DNA of 64,000 nucleotides from Octopus bimaculoides (taxonomy: Eukaryota). A program made the position numbers and the translations under genes. Where the stretch lies: NCBI RefSeq assembly GCF_001194135.2, contig NC_068987.1, positions 62,332,522 through 62,396,521 on the forward strand, given 5' to 3'. A model generated the notes under the pieces. That model ran no database searches. It was given only the letters and a program-made list of their open reading frames with translations, and was not told where the DNA came from. Position 1 is the stretch's first letter. The number at the start of each line of letters is the position of its first letter. Shown piece by piece: positions 11,745 through 24,530 of this stretch.

Positions 11745-12375
11745 NNNNNNNNNNNNNNNNNNNNNNNNNNNNNNNNNNNNNNNNNNNNNNNNNNNNNNNN
11801 NNNNNNNNNNNNNNNNNNNNNNNNNNNNNNNNNNNNNNNNNNNNNNNNNNNNNNNNNNNNNNNNNNNNNNNNNNNNNNNNNNNNNNNNNNNNNNNNNNNN
11901 NNNNNNNNNNNNNNNNNNNNNNNNNNNNNNNNNNNNNNNNNNNNNNNNNNNNNNNNNNNNNNNNNNNNNNNNNNNNNNNNNNNNNNNNNNNNNNNNNNNN
12001 NNNNNNNNNNNNNNNNNNNNNNNNNAACCCTAACCCTAGGGTTAGGGTTAGGGTTAAAGTTAGGGTTAGGGTTAGGGTTAATTGTTTCAGAATCGTTTGT
12101 TTATGTAGTCGGCGCTTAATGTATATCGGCTGAATGAACGTCAGTGATTGGTTGAAATTACAGAAATACGACAACTTTAACATGGAATAATTTATGGATT
12201 TCTTTTTTTTTTAAGAAGACTAAGAGAAAAAGATGTTTTATATGACACATTCTACCAGTGTTCCAAGTTTCAAAGTGTTTCGTTAATGAAAAATGTGGCC
12301 CCCGTTTTAAAAAAGATCCGAAGATGCCCAAGATGCCACGCAGTGGGACTGAACCCGGAACACATGTGTGTGCAC
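11485..12375 (-). mobile_element. SINE family A interrupted by a gap and by the telomeric-core TIR element
   Basis: Body at 11485-11745 and head remnant at 12320-12375 (CCAAGATGCCACGCAGTGGGACTGAACCCGGAAC) flank the inserted element. Confidence 0.7.
12026..12319 (-). mobile_element. Telomeric-core TIR element, second copy (one arm visible; the other is probably in the preceding 281-N gap)
   Basis: CCCTAGGG centre at 12034-12041, then (TTAGGG)n, then an arm that is nearly the reverse complement of 31594-31833, ending in ...AAAAAAGATCC at 12319. Confidence 0.85.
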
Positions 12376-12397
12376 ATCTGTGTGCACGTGTGCGTGC

Positions 12398-12428
<31 letters not shown>

Positions 12429-12934
12429 TGAGTACACGCGTGCGTGAGTACGCGCGTGCGTGCGTGTATTTATTATCGTTTGTTTATATTTCAAGTTATA
12501 TATAAAATCAGTTTAACTGAAGGATGACTCAAAATTTTGTATTAGAATATGTATTTATTAAACTTTACAATAAAATGCTAACAGTGACTTCGAATTTTCG
12601 GCTAGCTAGCCGTCATTAGTGATCTAATCACGGCTGATATCCGAAATAGATAATCAAACAGACAAACTAAGAGAACACAAGACAATTCGATATGCATAAT
12701 ATCGTTACAAATAAAACTATATTTCACAGTCTCGTGATAAGGGAGATAACTTATGATAGCTAGCTTTGTAACAGTTTTATCGGAAACAAATTCGTAATTT
12801 TTTTAATGATTCAGTTTTAATTTGATTCAATTAAGAAGGTTAAGATATAATTAGATTTTAATAAGTTTATTTCTTTAACTTTTTTAACAAACTTCTTCCT
12901 TTTTATTTCTTTTGTATTTGCTCCAGTTATTGCA

Positions 12935-13214
12935 TTGCAGCCATGCTAGAACACCACCTTGAGGGGTTTTAGTCGAAACAAATCGACACCAGGACTTATT
13001 TCTTAAGCTTAGTACTTATTCCATCGGTCCGTTTGCCGATTCGCTAGGTTACGGGGACGTAAACACACCAGCACCATTTGTAGCGCCAAGCAGTGATAAA
13101 GAATAAAATAACTTTAGGTTAGTTAAAATATGTTTGTGACAATATTTAACTTCTTCAATGAGAAATGCCGAAGAAGGACATTAACTCATTTATTCTTTGA
13201 TGATATACAAGGAA

Positions 13215-13278
<64 letters not shown>

Positions 13279-13306
13279 NNNNNNNNNNNNNNNNNNNNNN
13301 NNNNNN

Positions 13307-13353
<47 letters not shown>

Positions 13354-13585
13354 CATACACGCACATACACACACATACATACATACATACATACATACAT
13401 ACATACATACGTACATATATACGCATACGACAGGTTTCTTTCAGTTTCCATCTGCCAAATCCACTCACAAGACTTTGGTTGGTCTGAGACTATAAGTTTA
13501 TATTAGATGACCTTTCTTCAATGTACCACGTCGTGGAGTTGAACCCTGTGTCATGTTGTTAGGAAGCAAACTTCTTACGACACAG
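12935..13585 (-). mobile_element. SINE family A copy
   Basis: CAGCCATGCTAGAACACC...GGTTACGGGGACGTAAACACACC...CAGTTTCCATCTGCCAAATCCACTCACAAGAC, plus a head remnant. Confidence 0.75.
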
Positions 13586-13599
13586 TTACAATTTACTCG

Positions 13600-14400
13600 T
13601 TGCATGTTATGGTGTGGTTGTACCATTTACTATCAGTCAAAGCAGAAAGTAACATTGAAGAAATATGCAACTTAAAGATAATATTCCTAAATCATGATAA
13701 GTGAGTGAACTCAATTGCAAACAACTTTGATAAGAGGTTCCTCTAGCAAACAAAGTCGGTGATATAGTGTCTCAACATTTATTTAACTATGTTGATTTTA
13801 CCGCTTCTACCTGAAATAGGACACTAACGCTCTTGTTGATCTCGGTTCACATACACTGTATTGATGATCATCGAAGTAGGAAAAAGGCTCAAGCGTTTCC
13901 ATTAATTTTTAGATGTTACAAGACCTCAATAGTCAGAATACTGCACCTAAAATTGAAACTAGTAAACTGTTATATTATGCCCTTTGTCCTCTACGAGACA
14001 GAAACGTGGACAATGTACAGAGCAATAGAAAAGAAGATAAATGTCTTTGTGATACGGATTTTCGTAAATTGAGCAGAATAAGCTAGAAAGACAGAGTAAC
14101 AAACGCTGCAGTATTAGAAAAGCTGGGATTCCAAAGACACTTATTGTCGAAAATCAGGTCCACAAAGATATCATATTTTGGACATTCAATGCACTACGAG
14201 ACAATGCCCAAGACCGATTGGGACGGACGTATAGAGAGGAAGAGAGCAAGAGGCCATCAACTGTGGACTGATGATATCAAAGAATGGACTGGAAACAAGA
14301 ACTTAGCTGATTGTATGCATACAGCATAACACAGAGGGAAATGGAAAGTTTTCATAAGCCGACCTCTCGACAGACTGGACATATGGCTGATGAAGAGTGA
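13600..14400 (+). mobile_element. RTE LINE 3' fragment
   Basis: LKLVNCYIMPFVLYETETWT, ISYFGHSM, GRIERKRARG and WTDDIKEWTG. Confidence 0.8.
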
Positions 14401-17400
14401 GTAACTTGAATACAGAACACTTTGACACTATTTGAGAAAAAAGGATGACTTAAGAGAAGGATTAAACATTAAACATCAAATAGACGTACATAGATACATA
14501 GATTTACGTACATGCATACATACATAGATTTACGTACATGCATACATACATACATTTACGTAAATGCATACATACATACATTTACGTACATGCATACATA
14601 CATTAAGATTTTTAATTTACCGAATCATTTTCGCTCATAGAAAATACAAGTTTTATTTCAACTTACGTATATCTTCATATCGTATTTTCCGACAAACAAA
14701 TCACACAGTATACAATGTTAACATGTAGTGTAAACATTTAAACATAGTCACTATTTTCCAAATCCCACTGCATTTGCATACAATTTTTATGTCCTCCGAA
14801 GTCGTCTTGGTGTAGAAGTCGGACTACAATTTTTAGCTGTAAAGTTTGGTCCGTAATATTTGATTTGTATGCCAGGAAATATGATGTATGTGTTTATATT
14901 TCCCTCTGTTTGTGTGTACAGGTTAAACACCTGAAATATCTTATAAATTTTTGCAGTTCCACTTAATACTGAACAAGATTATGGTGTTTTAATTGGGAAC
15001 AAGAATTACGCTACGTTTTAAGACTGAAGTTACATTTTTATTTCAACTACTTGCTAGTTTTAAATATTGATATTTAATGATAAGAATCCAATTGAATATT
15101 ACATCAAATTATTAAGTAAATTAGAATCGACCTATAGGCAATACTGATTATATATATNNNNNNNNNNNNNNNNNNNNNNNNNNNNNNNNNNNNNNNNNNN
15201 NNNNNNNNNNNNNNNNNNNNNNNNNNNNNNNNNNNNNNNNNNNNNNNTATATATATATATATATATATATATGTAGGGCGACTTTCTAATAAATTTCACT
15301 GCGTTTTAAAACTTTTATACAATTCTATGCAGTTGTCAGCGATATTTTCTAACTACCCTTAGGCATATACATCTTCCATTTGTTATTTCGTGCTTGCATG
15401 CAAACATTCACTTTTATACATTAAGATGATTACTGTATAATATACTGCATTGAAAAATGTGTATTCTCTATGAATGAAGATTAATTTCGTAAATTAAAAA
15501 TCTTAAATGTTAATAATAGATGTTACAATTACACTGTGTAACGCGATTTTTGTCCTTGGGTAGTGACTATTATTTCCTACTTGCTTACCCCCTAGAAAGT
15601 ATGAAAACTGGCTAATATTTCTTTCAAAAGTTGCTTTTGTTACATTTATTCAAACTCCAAAGATATCCTCTCAACATATGGCTATGATGCTCCCTCCCCT
15701 ACTACTCCTGCTCATGATCAGAAATGCACATATGGTCAGCCACTAAGGGACATGTTCAACTAGTTAAGGACGTGCAAATGACAAGCAAATCTGTGGTATT
15801 GAGCAGAATATTTGCTATAACGACATTTTTACTTCAGCAACTCAGCGCTGAATCTGCCTGAAATGTAATGGAAAATAGGTCAATTTCGAAACATAGATGT
15901 CCAGGTCACAAAAGCAAAGTTTGAAGGGAATAGTAGTAATTTCCTTTGATTTCTAGATAGAAGTAAATAGGAAATAACACTTACTGACCAAAATGAAAAA
16001 AAAATAACATAAATAAAAAAAAAAATTGTTAGACAGTGTTATTAGTAAGTGTTAAAGCCAGATATTAAAGAAAGCAGATTGCAGTTAGAAGAGTTCTGCT
16101 TCTCCCACGGAGAACTTCCTACTAAAATTTTGAATAGTATATTCTATAGGCAATGGGCTTGGCCTGGTTGTGACCTTAAACTGCATCCAGTTGTGGGACG
16201 ATGGTTCGGGAGTTCCAGGAATTCGAGGTGTGCGGGACCATCTTTTAGCCACTATTGCTTCCAGGTCTACGGGCGCCGGATCTGCAAGGTCACGTGATTT
16301 CGACGCTTCCTGTCTCTTTGGTGGTAGACGACCGGTAGCCGCACACGTGCCAGATCTTATGGCAGCGATATATGGAATTTCAGCAACTATTCAGGCTCTG
16401 AGCGCTTTAACAGTACACCCACGTTAAGATGGATATAAAAATTGCCTTTTGGTATTAATAGCGTTTCAGTCTTTAATAATTATTTTTTAATAAACCTGCT
16501 CTGGTTATAAGTGACATCAGTGCCTGAATAGGCACTGAAACTCCATTTCAGGAAAACATTTCAATCAAACAGTGATATTTGACTGGTATACGTCTGCCAA
16601 TAAAGAGACGGAGCAAGTCGAAATCCCGTGATCTTGCAGTTCCGGCTCCTGTAAGAGACGATTCTTGTTTGCCAGCGATATAAATATATGTACTTTTATG
16701 CACCATGCATCCATATGAGAGGTCCTCCCAAAGTAAATAACGCAGTATTTGGGGCTCCAATAATAGATCCGCGTTAAGTTGGATACAAAGATTGCCTTTT
16801 GTTACTCTGTCAAACGTAATATTTATTCACATTTGTTTGAATTAGTCATGCATTGATTCGTAGCTTCAAGATTTCGATGATGTAATAGTTTATGTTTTGA
16901 ATAACATTGTACGAGAGACATAAGACGCCGAATCTAGACTTAGCAGGTTCAAATGTCAAAGGATTAAGCATAATCTAAACTTAACCCCCCCCCCCAGATG
17001 TACCTCTCTGCAGAGGTATATTTTGGGATGGATACAGAGAGTCATGCATGCTTGTTGTTTCGAAAAGGTTTCGATTTCTTCGAAACCCTGGATCGGACTC
17101 TGTGAGATACAAGAAAAATTAATCACATCAAAGGTGAACCACTACTGGTCTTAACAAATAATTTTCGTTAATTCTGACGATGAATTCTAAGGGTACAGCT
17201 GTAGATTAGCTTAATGCTTGATTCAAAAGGGTATAACCCTTCGTCAGTTGTCCCTGTTCCATCTACTCCGCGTTTCGAAGGCAAGGACAATACACGACTT
17301 TGCTGGAACAGTCCTTCCCGCAAAGCAAATTAAATAAAATTTGGAACAGGGACAACTGACGAAGGGTTATACTCTTTATGTTGCATCTCTCGTTTCTCTG

Positions 17401-18416
17401 CTTGTTTTTTCTTTTCGTTGTTCGAAAAATAGTTCGTTTTCTGTTTTCGTCTTTATGTTTTCGTTTCTCATTGTTTAACGCTTTTTTGATGTCCTGTACC
17501 CATATATGCATGTATGTATACATATAGATGTAGGTATGTACATATATGTATGGATATATGCATATGTTTATATATTATTTATATTATATATATATATATA
17601 TATNNNNNNNNNNNNNNNNNNNNNNNNNNNNNNNNNNNNNNNNNNNNNNNNNNNNNNNNNNNNNNNNNNGAGAGAGAGAGAGAGAGAGGAGATAAAAAGA
17701 GGGAGAGTGAGGGTCTGAGAGAAAGGAAGAAAAAAAGGAAATATTGGATTGTAGTGAATAAGTTGTGAGGAAAACGAAAAAGAGAAAAGTGAGCAACAGC
17801 TAAATGCCAAATAATTAAAATAACTTGCGGGGTAAATCAAAAATTACAAATGAGCACGGAAAAATATAGAGGGACTCAAATATCAAATACTAAATGATGT
17901 TATTGCTGGCACCACATACTTCAAAAGTACTGCTCACGAAATATAATCCTATGTATTAAAAACGACACGTATATCAATAGCAAGGTCATCATCATCATCA
18001 TCATCATCATCATCACCATCATCATCATCAACAACAACCACAACAACAGCAGCAGCAGCAGCAGCAGCTACTACAACCAGAATCTAATCGCATGTATGTA
18101 ACCATATGTACATAAATTCATCTAAATAAACCTTCACATCTTGTGTTGCTTTAACTCATCACTCATGAGAGTAATGAAGTTTATCGTATAATTATGTTTC
18201 GATTATGGATAGACGCGTGTGATGAACGACACGCAATTTAGAGGAAGGCTGTCGCTTCTATAATGTGTTCGTGAGTTATTTGTTGAAACTATCTTACTTT
18301 CATTATTCTAATAAACCTGTTTGGAAAAGACACTTAGGCACACTTCTTCGATATAATTATAGGCCTTGTACCCCCCCCCCCAAAAAAAAAAGCAAGCAAT
18401 AACAACAAAACTTTCA

Positions 18417-20085
18417 CACTAGGGAACAAAGATTTTGTGGCATTGATACAGGTACTACATCTTACCTAATTTGGTTGTGCTGAATTCAAATCTAAAGTCA
18501 GATTTTTCTCTATAAGCTACAGGTGTTTTGAAATTCAAACTTTTCATTCTTAACGAAATTTCGATACATTTTGTATAAATCTGTGTTCTATCTTACGAAT
18601 TTATGGTCATACTATCTTAAAATTTGGGCTTGAAATAACTATTTAGGCAAAAAAAAAACCCACCTCAACACCATTTGAATTCATCCCAATATGCACTTAA
18701 GTTTAAAATAAAGTCAAGAAACGACAAATGAAATAAGATTGCTCAAATTGTTCCTATTCTGGCAAAAACTTTCGTTTGAAGCTTTTACTCTTATAGACTT
18801 TGTCAGGGTTATCTCGCTTGTTATTCCAGCAGTAGTCTGCCATCATATGTCTGTTCCAATACCCTTGATAACGCTCTTTCATCGTTATTAGGTCTTGATG
18901 GAGGCGTTCTCTCTGTTAATCATTTGCAACTCCAAGGTTCTCGGGGAAATGATGAAAGTGACTATTCGTGAAATGAAGCTTGACACACGTTGCATCCAAA
19001 ATCCGGATAAGCCAACATTTATGTTAGTAACCAAATCCTCATAGTCATCTGCATTTTCGCTACTAAGATGAGTTTTTTATTACCACCACGAATGACAGCC
19101 ACGCTGTCTTCTCAGTCCTCTTTCAGACAAATTCCTCATTACGTACAAGGGCACGAATTTGAGGTCCAGCAAGTATAACCGCTTTCATTTTCTCGAAAGA
19201 CAAATCATGAAAAGCAGAAACTACGCGCTGAAAACATTCAGTCAGAACCCAATGACTTGAACTGCTTCATGAAGCCAAGTTTAGGATGGAGTGGGGTGAA
19301 AATGATCTCTCGGCTGACGATCGGGTCGTTCACAACGTTTGGCATACCTGTGTCCAGAGTTTCACAAACGGGTCACTCCTTTTGGGTCCAGTATTTTCCT
19401 CGAATTCGACTGTCCCACATGCAGAGACAGCATGGTAACTTAGTGAAATCTTTCTGTTGCCTGGGCTGGATGTTGAAGTTAACTATTTTTAGGTCCACTT
19501 AAACGATCCAGTTGTGCTCGTGATATTTGAGTAAGTCAATGATCATTTATATGTCGTCATGGGTTTTTCGCAAATGAACTTAGTGGCTAACTGAAACAGC
19601 GCTATATACATTGCCATTATGCAAGAGAACACACTTGAAGCTGCGCTTAGAACTATCAAAAATGAATCTCCATTTTGTAGGGTTATATTGGGCAACCGTG
19701 TGAAACGGCTTGGGATATCGCGGTAGTAAACAAATTACTTGTCTTCTGAAAAAGTTCAAAAAAATCTGCTCCCGTGTTCTGAAATATGAGATTTTTGCAG
19801 GACTTTCAAGATCTTTTATTTCATTTAGCCCAAAGGCTAATGGCTCCGCTGCTTTCTTGGAAAGTACCAAATCATGTGTAAAGTCAATCAGTTTCACCTG
19901 ACTAAAACACCGAGGGGCTGATGACTGTTTGGTATTAGATGAGGACTCTTCGGAAACTGAGTTCTTTAAACTTCTGATCAGAGGTTCGAATGGCAAAGGG
20001 AATACTTGAATAGGAGATCTTATGTCAGTTTTTCTTGTCAAAAAATTTAGTGTTAACCAAGCAAAGGTCGATAAAAAATGCATTG
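18417..20085 (-). mobile_element. Chapaev3-like (CMC) DNA transposon remnant with one CAC terminus
   Basis: Minus-strand translation across stops: WRFIFDSSKRSFKCVLLHNGN, VDLKIVNF, PCCLCMWDSR, PLHPKLGFMKQF, AGPQIR, HFPENLG, ERLHQD and MMADYCW..KRD. Terminus CACTAGGGAACA at 18417. Confidence 0.75.
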
Positions 20086-21022
20086 ATAATATTCCTACTT
20101 TTCTCTAGCTAATTTTGAGTCTCTTCTACCATATTACTTTTTCAAAAACCTTAGCTTTAATTCTCTTAATTTAGTCCTGTTTTTCTAACTTTATTCCTCC
20201 CCCTTTTTTCCTCCTCCTTCTCCCCCCCCCCTTATCTTTGTTCTGGTTTTGGCCATTAATATTATGGTTTTACTTATAAATAATATCTCTCTTCTACTAC
20301 CCCACTTTAATGGATTGGCAAAATAGTAAGAAAGTTTGAACGGATAACTTTCGGTATTTGTTCTGGTTCTTTGCGTGGGATTTCTGAATTCAAATCCCAC
20401 AACGATTTACTCGGGCAATAGACTTAATTCATCGTCTGGTTTAAGACCTCAAGTTAGAACCTTGGTACCTTTAACGAAGTAAGCATTCATGTTTATATAC
20501 CCAAAATAATATGCCACAACACAAGATTTTTATGCAAAGGTACAGATATGCCCTTGTAGTAAAAAGTTTGCTTCTCAACCATCTAGTTTCGGGTTCAGTT
20601 CCATTACGGGGCACCTTGGGCAAGTGTCTTCTGCTTATTACCCCCGGTCAATCAAAGCCTTATGAATAGATTTGGCAGATGAAAGCTAGAAAGAACTAGT
20701 CGTATATATATGTATATTAACTACCATTAACTACTTTATTTGAGTTATAGCTTTTAAATATAAATTTAGAATACATTTTAACCTTTCCCAACCCACTGAT
20801 AATATTCCTACTTTTCTCTAGCTAATTTTGAGTCTCTTCTACCATATTACTTTTTCAAAAACCTTAGCTTTAATTCTCTTAATTTAGTCCTGTTTTTCTA
20901 ACTTTATTCCTCCCCCTTTTTTCCTCCTCCTTCTCCCCCCCTTATCTTTGTTCTGGTTTTGGCCATTAATATTATGGTTTTACTTATAAATAATATCGCT
21001 CTTCTACTACCCCACTTTAATG
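20084..21022. repeat. Two direct copies of a unit of about 230 bp (20084-20312 and 20797-21022)
   Basis: TGATAATATTCCTACTTTTCTCTAGC...CCCACTTTAATG is repeated nearly identically; SINE fragments lie between the copies. Confidence 0.9.
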
Positions 21023-21372
21023 TATATCTTATTTTAACTATAAATGTTTGTCTTGTTCTAATTTAATTATCAATGTTCCCTATGGTTTTAAATTTAGTAC
21101 TTTAGNNNNNNNNNNNNNNNNNNNNNNNNNNNNNNNNNNNNNNNNNNNNNNNNNNNNNNNNNNNNNNNNNNNNNNNNNNNNNNNNNNNNNNNNNNNNNNN
21201 NNNNNNNNNNNNNNNNNNNNNNNNNNNNNNNNNNNNNNNNNNNNNNNNNNNNNNNNNNNNNNNNNNNNNNNNNNNNNNNNNNNNNNNNNNNNNNNNNNNN
21301 NNNNNNNNNNNNNNNNNNNNNNNNNNNNNNNNNNNNNNNNNNNNNNNNNNNNNNNNNNNNNNNNNNNNNNNN

Positions 21373-21700
21373 TGCTTGATTTACCCCTAACCTGCTGTCC
21401 ATTACTACTTAATCTACCTTCCTCTAAATTGAAATTACTACTACCCCTCCAATTAGATTATATAGAAATTAAATTCTTGTTTGATTCACTAGACTGTTGA
21501 ATAGCAGCCCAGTCAAGATGGTATTTTTACTTCTCTTACTCTTGTTTTTTTGCACACATCTACAAAATGACTTTCTAAAATGAAATTCCATTATGCAACT
21601 GAGGAGTACATTTTCATTGCACATTTTATGTAGTGTTCTCACTACATGAATAAATGAAGTTTGTACGAAACGTACGTACTGCTATTGAATTTTTGTTGCT
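21373..21700 (-). mobile_element. Dispersed repeat, probable Penelope-like GIY-YIG C-terminal remnant
   Basis: The reverse complement aligns by eye with 39165-39460; translation gives EHYIKC...WNFILESHFVDVCKKTRVRE. Confidence 0.55.
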
Positions 21701-21889
21701 TTTCTTCATATATGTGAGTGTTTGTGTGTATGTGTGTGTGTGTTTGCCTTAGAGTCTGTCCATCCACTGCTTGACAACCGGTGTTGGTTTGTTTACGTTC
21801 CCGTAACTTAGCGGTTCGGCAAAAAGATATCAAGCGCCAAGCATTTTTTAAAAGAAATATGCGTACAAAACGGGTAATAAGAAAATTAA

Positions 21890-22110
21890 GATGACAAAGG
21901 AATAAACGATTATCTTATGAACTTCATTAGCTCACAGCTGTTTCTGCTAAAAGATGCAGTGGACTTTTTGTTGAGTGTCTGAATAACACTTTATAGCTTC
22001 ACTGGAACCTTGTTACTCAAACACTCAACAATAAGTCCACTGCATCTTATAGCAGGAACAGCTGTAAGCTAATGAAGTTCATAAGATAATCATCTATTCC
22101 TTTGTCGTCA
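21890..22110. mobile_element. Foldback/MITE-like palindrome with arms of about 100 bp
   Basis: Arms 21890-21988 and 22011-22110 are about 90% reverse-complementary; 22-nt spacer. Confidence 0.8.
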
Positions 22111-22124
22111 TATTTTCTGATACA

Positions 22125-22158
<34 letters not shown>

Positions 22159-22751
22159 GGCAAGCTTCTTTAAATTTCTGTCTAACGAATCCACTCACAA
22201 GGATTTGATCAGCCCGAGGCTATAGCAGAAGACACTTTCCCGTGGTGCTGTGCAATGGGACTGAACCAGAAACCATATGGTTCGAAAACAATCTTCTTAC
22301 CATACAGCCACACGTGATTTTTTTGACTTAAGCAGAAAAGAAACACTTTAAGAGGATAAGAGTATAATGTATACATGGCTGCTAGCGGTTATCGATCCTC
22401 CATAACAGAGGCAGCTCATTTGGAACTTAACTACACGTGGTAATCTCGTGATTTTTAGTTATATTCATGTTACGTGCTTCCTGGAAACTAAACGGCGGCT
22501 GTTGTTAAAGTAATTCTTATTGCTTTTGTTATTGTTAATATTGCACTTGTATTTCTTTGCAGTTATTATTCACACCATTTAATCTGATGGCCTGGCACAG
22601 TGCGTGACTGGACCACGATTCGGATAGTCACGCACTAATCAGATAGTCACCACTTGTGGTAGTAAAGCTATTTTTTAAAATATTTTAAACACAAGAGGCA
22701 ATATTGCCAGCTTACTGAACTGAAGTAGCATTGTCTGAAGAGATGATTTTC

Positions 22752-22790
<39 letters not shown>

Positions 22791-23371
22791 NNNNNNNNNN
22801 NNNNNNNNNNNNNNNNNNNNNNNNNNNNNNNNNNNNNNNNNNNNNNNNNNNNNNNNNNNNNNNNNNNNNNNNNNNNNNNNNNNNNNNNNNNNNNNNNNNN
22901 NNNNNNNNNNNNNNNNNNNNNNNNNNNNNNNNNNNNNNNNNNNNNNNNNNNNNNNNNNNNNNNNNNNNNNNNNNNNNNNNNNNNNNNNNNNNNNNNNNNN
23001 NNNNNNNNNNNNNNNNNNNNNNNNNNNNNNNNNNNNNNNNNNNNNNNNNNNNNNNNNNNNNNNNNNNNNNNNNNNNNNNNNNNNNNNNNNNNNNNNNNNN
23101 NNNNNNNNNNNNNNNNNNNNNNNNNNNNNNNNNNNNNNNNNNNNNNNNNNNNNNNNNNNNNNNNNNNNNNNNNNNNNNNNNNNNNNNNNNNNNNNNNNNN
23201 NNNNNNNNNNNNNNNNNNNNNNNNNNNNNNNNNNNNNNNNNNNNNNNNNNNNNNNNNNNNNNNNNNNNNNNNNNNNNNNNNNNNNNNNNNNNNNNNNNNN
23301 NNNNNNNNNNNNNNNNNNCAACCCAACATGATATTGATTTTTATCGTGATCAACATCATGATCATCACCGT

Positions 23372-23434
<63 letters not shown>

Positions 23435-23765
23435 TATTATTATTATTATTATTATAATGGCCGGAACAAACAACGTAATATCACTAATTTCAAAAGTCAA
23501 GCTCGAATCGTTGCTTCTTTCAAGTTTTTAAGAAACCTCCCGAAACTTATTGGTCTTTAGACGTGAAGATATACTATAAACATTATGTATATTAAATAAT
23601 ATGCTTGACTAGGTCCTCTTATAATATGATCCTTGACTAAGAGATTATGACGAGTTTGCTGTATAGGGCACATTATGTTTGTCTCACTGTATTACCACTC
23701 ATACTCGAAATGAGACAAATACATTAAAAGTGAGAGATGTACTATAAAAACATTGAGAGCAAGGT

Positions 23766-23809
<44 letters not shown>

Positions 23810-24049
23810 NNNNNNNNNNGGATATTTTTTCTTTTTTTTTTCAGGAACAGCTTCATCTATTGGTGAACAGTCAACGTCGTTGGCGATCATAATGATAAAA
23901 GTTAGTTGGTATAGAGGACTAGAAGTCAGCTAAATATTGGAAAAGAGTTATTTGTATCATGATGATTCGCAACGGGCATCAAAGTACCAACATTATGACA
24001 GCTATTGTATGCTATATGAAGACTGTAAAGACTGTAAGACATGACATGG

Positions 24050-24310
24050 GTACCATGAGAATCGAGTTACCCCCAAACTGCGATGAGCTTTTGGGTGTGT
24101 CTCCAGTGGAGGTGACCTCATATCATCATACACGTTTAAACAGAACTTTAGGATTAATTCAGACGATTATGTGAAGTTCCTGGAGATTGTGGTCAAAATC
24201 TGGCTGTAGAGGGTTGCTGCTGGAAGGCCATTTATGGGGTAACAGGATTCGGCTCCTTGCCATACCTCCGGAAAGAGTCAGAAGTGGTTATCGGAGAATT
24301 TCTACAACTT
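24050..24310 (+). mobile_element. Tc1/mariner (maT-like) transposase fragment
   Basis: LGVSPVEV region, then FRINSDDYVKFLEIVVKIWL*RVAAGRPF...QDSAPCHTSGKSQKWLSENFYNF (second catalytic Asp motif QDxAPxH). Confidence 0.75.
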
Positions 24311-24530
24311 CACAATACATACATTCGTACATACATACATACATACATACATACATACATACACACATACATACATGAATTGCACATGCTTTGCCGAAAA
24401 TCCAAAATAAACATATTTCTTAAAAATGATATCGAAGATAAGATACATGTTATGTATATATATTTAGGATGTAGCTCGCGTGGTTCTTTCGGTACGTATT
24501 ATTGCTACATAATTATGCATTCTTTTAGCG

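Noticed and set aside
17231-17372. Permuted (type II) hammerhead
   Set aside because: CTGACGA and GAAAC words exist, but the strand order does not allow the three-stem junction.
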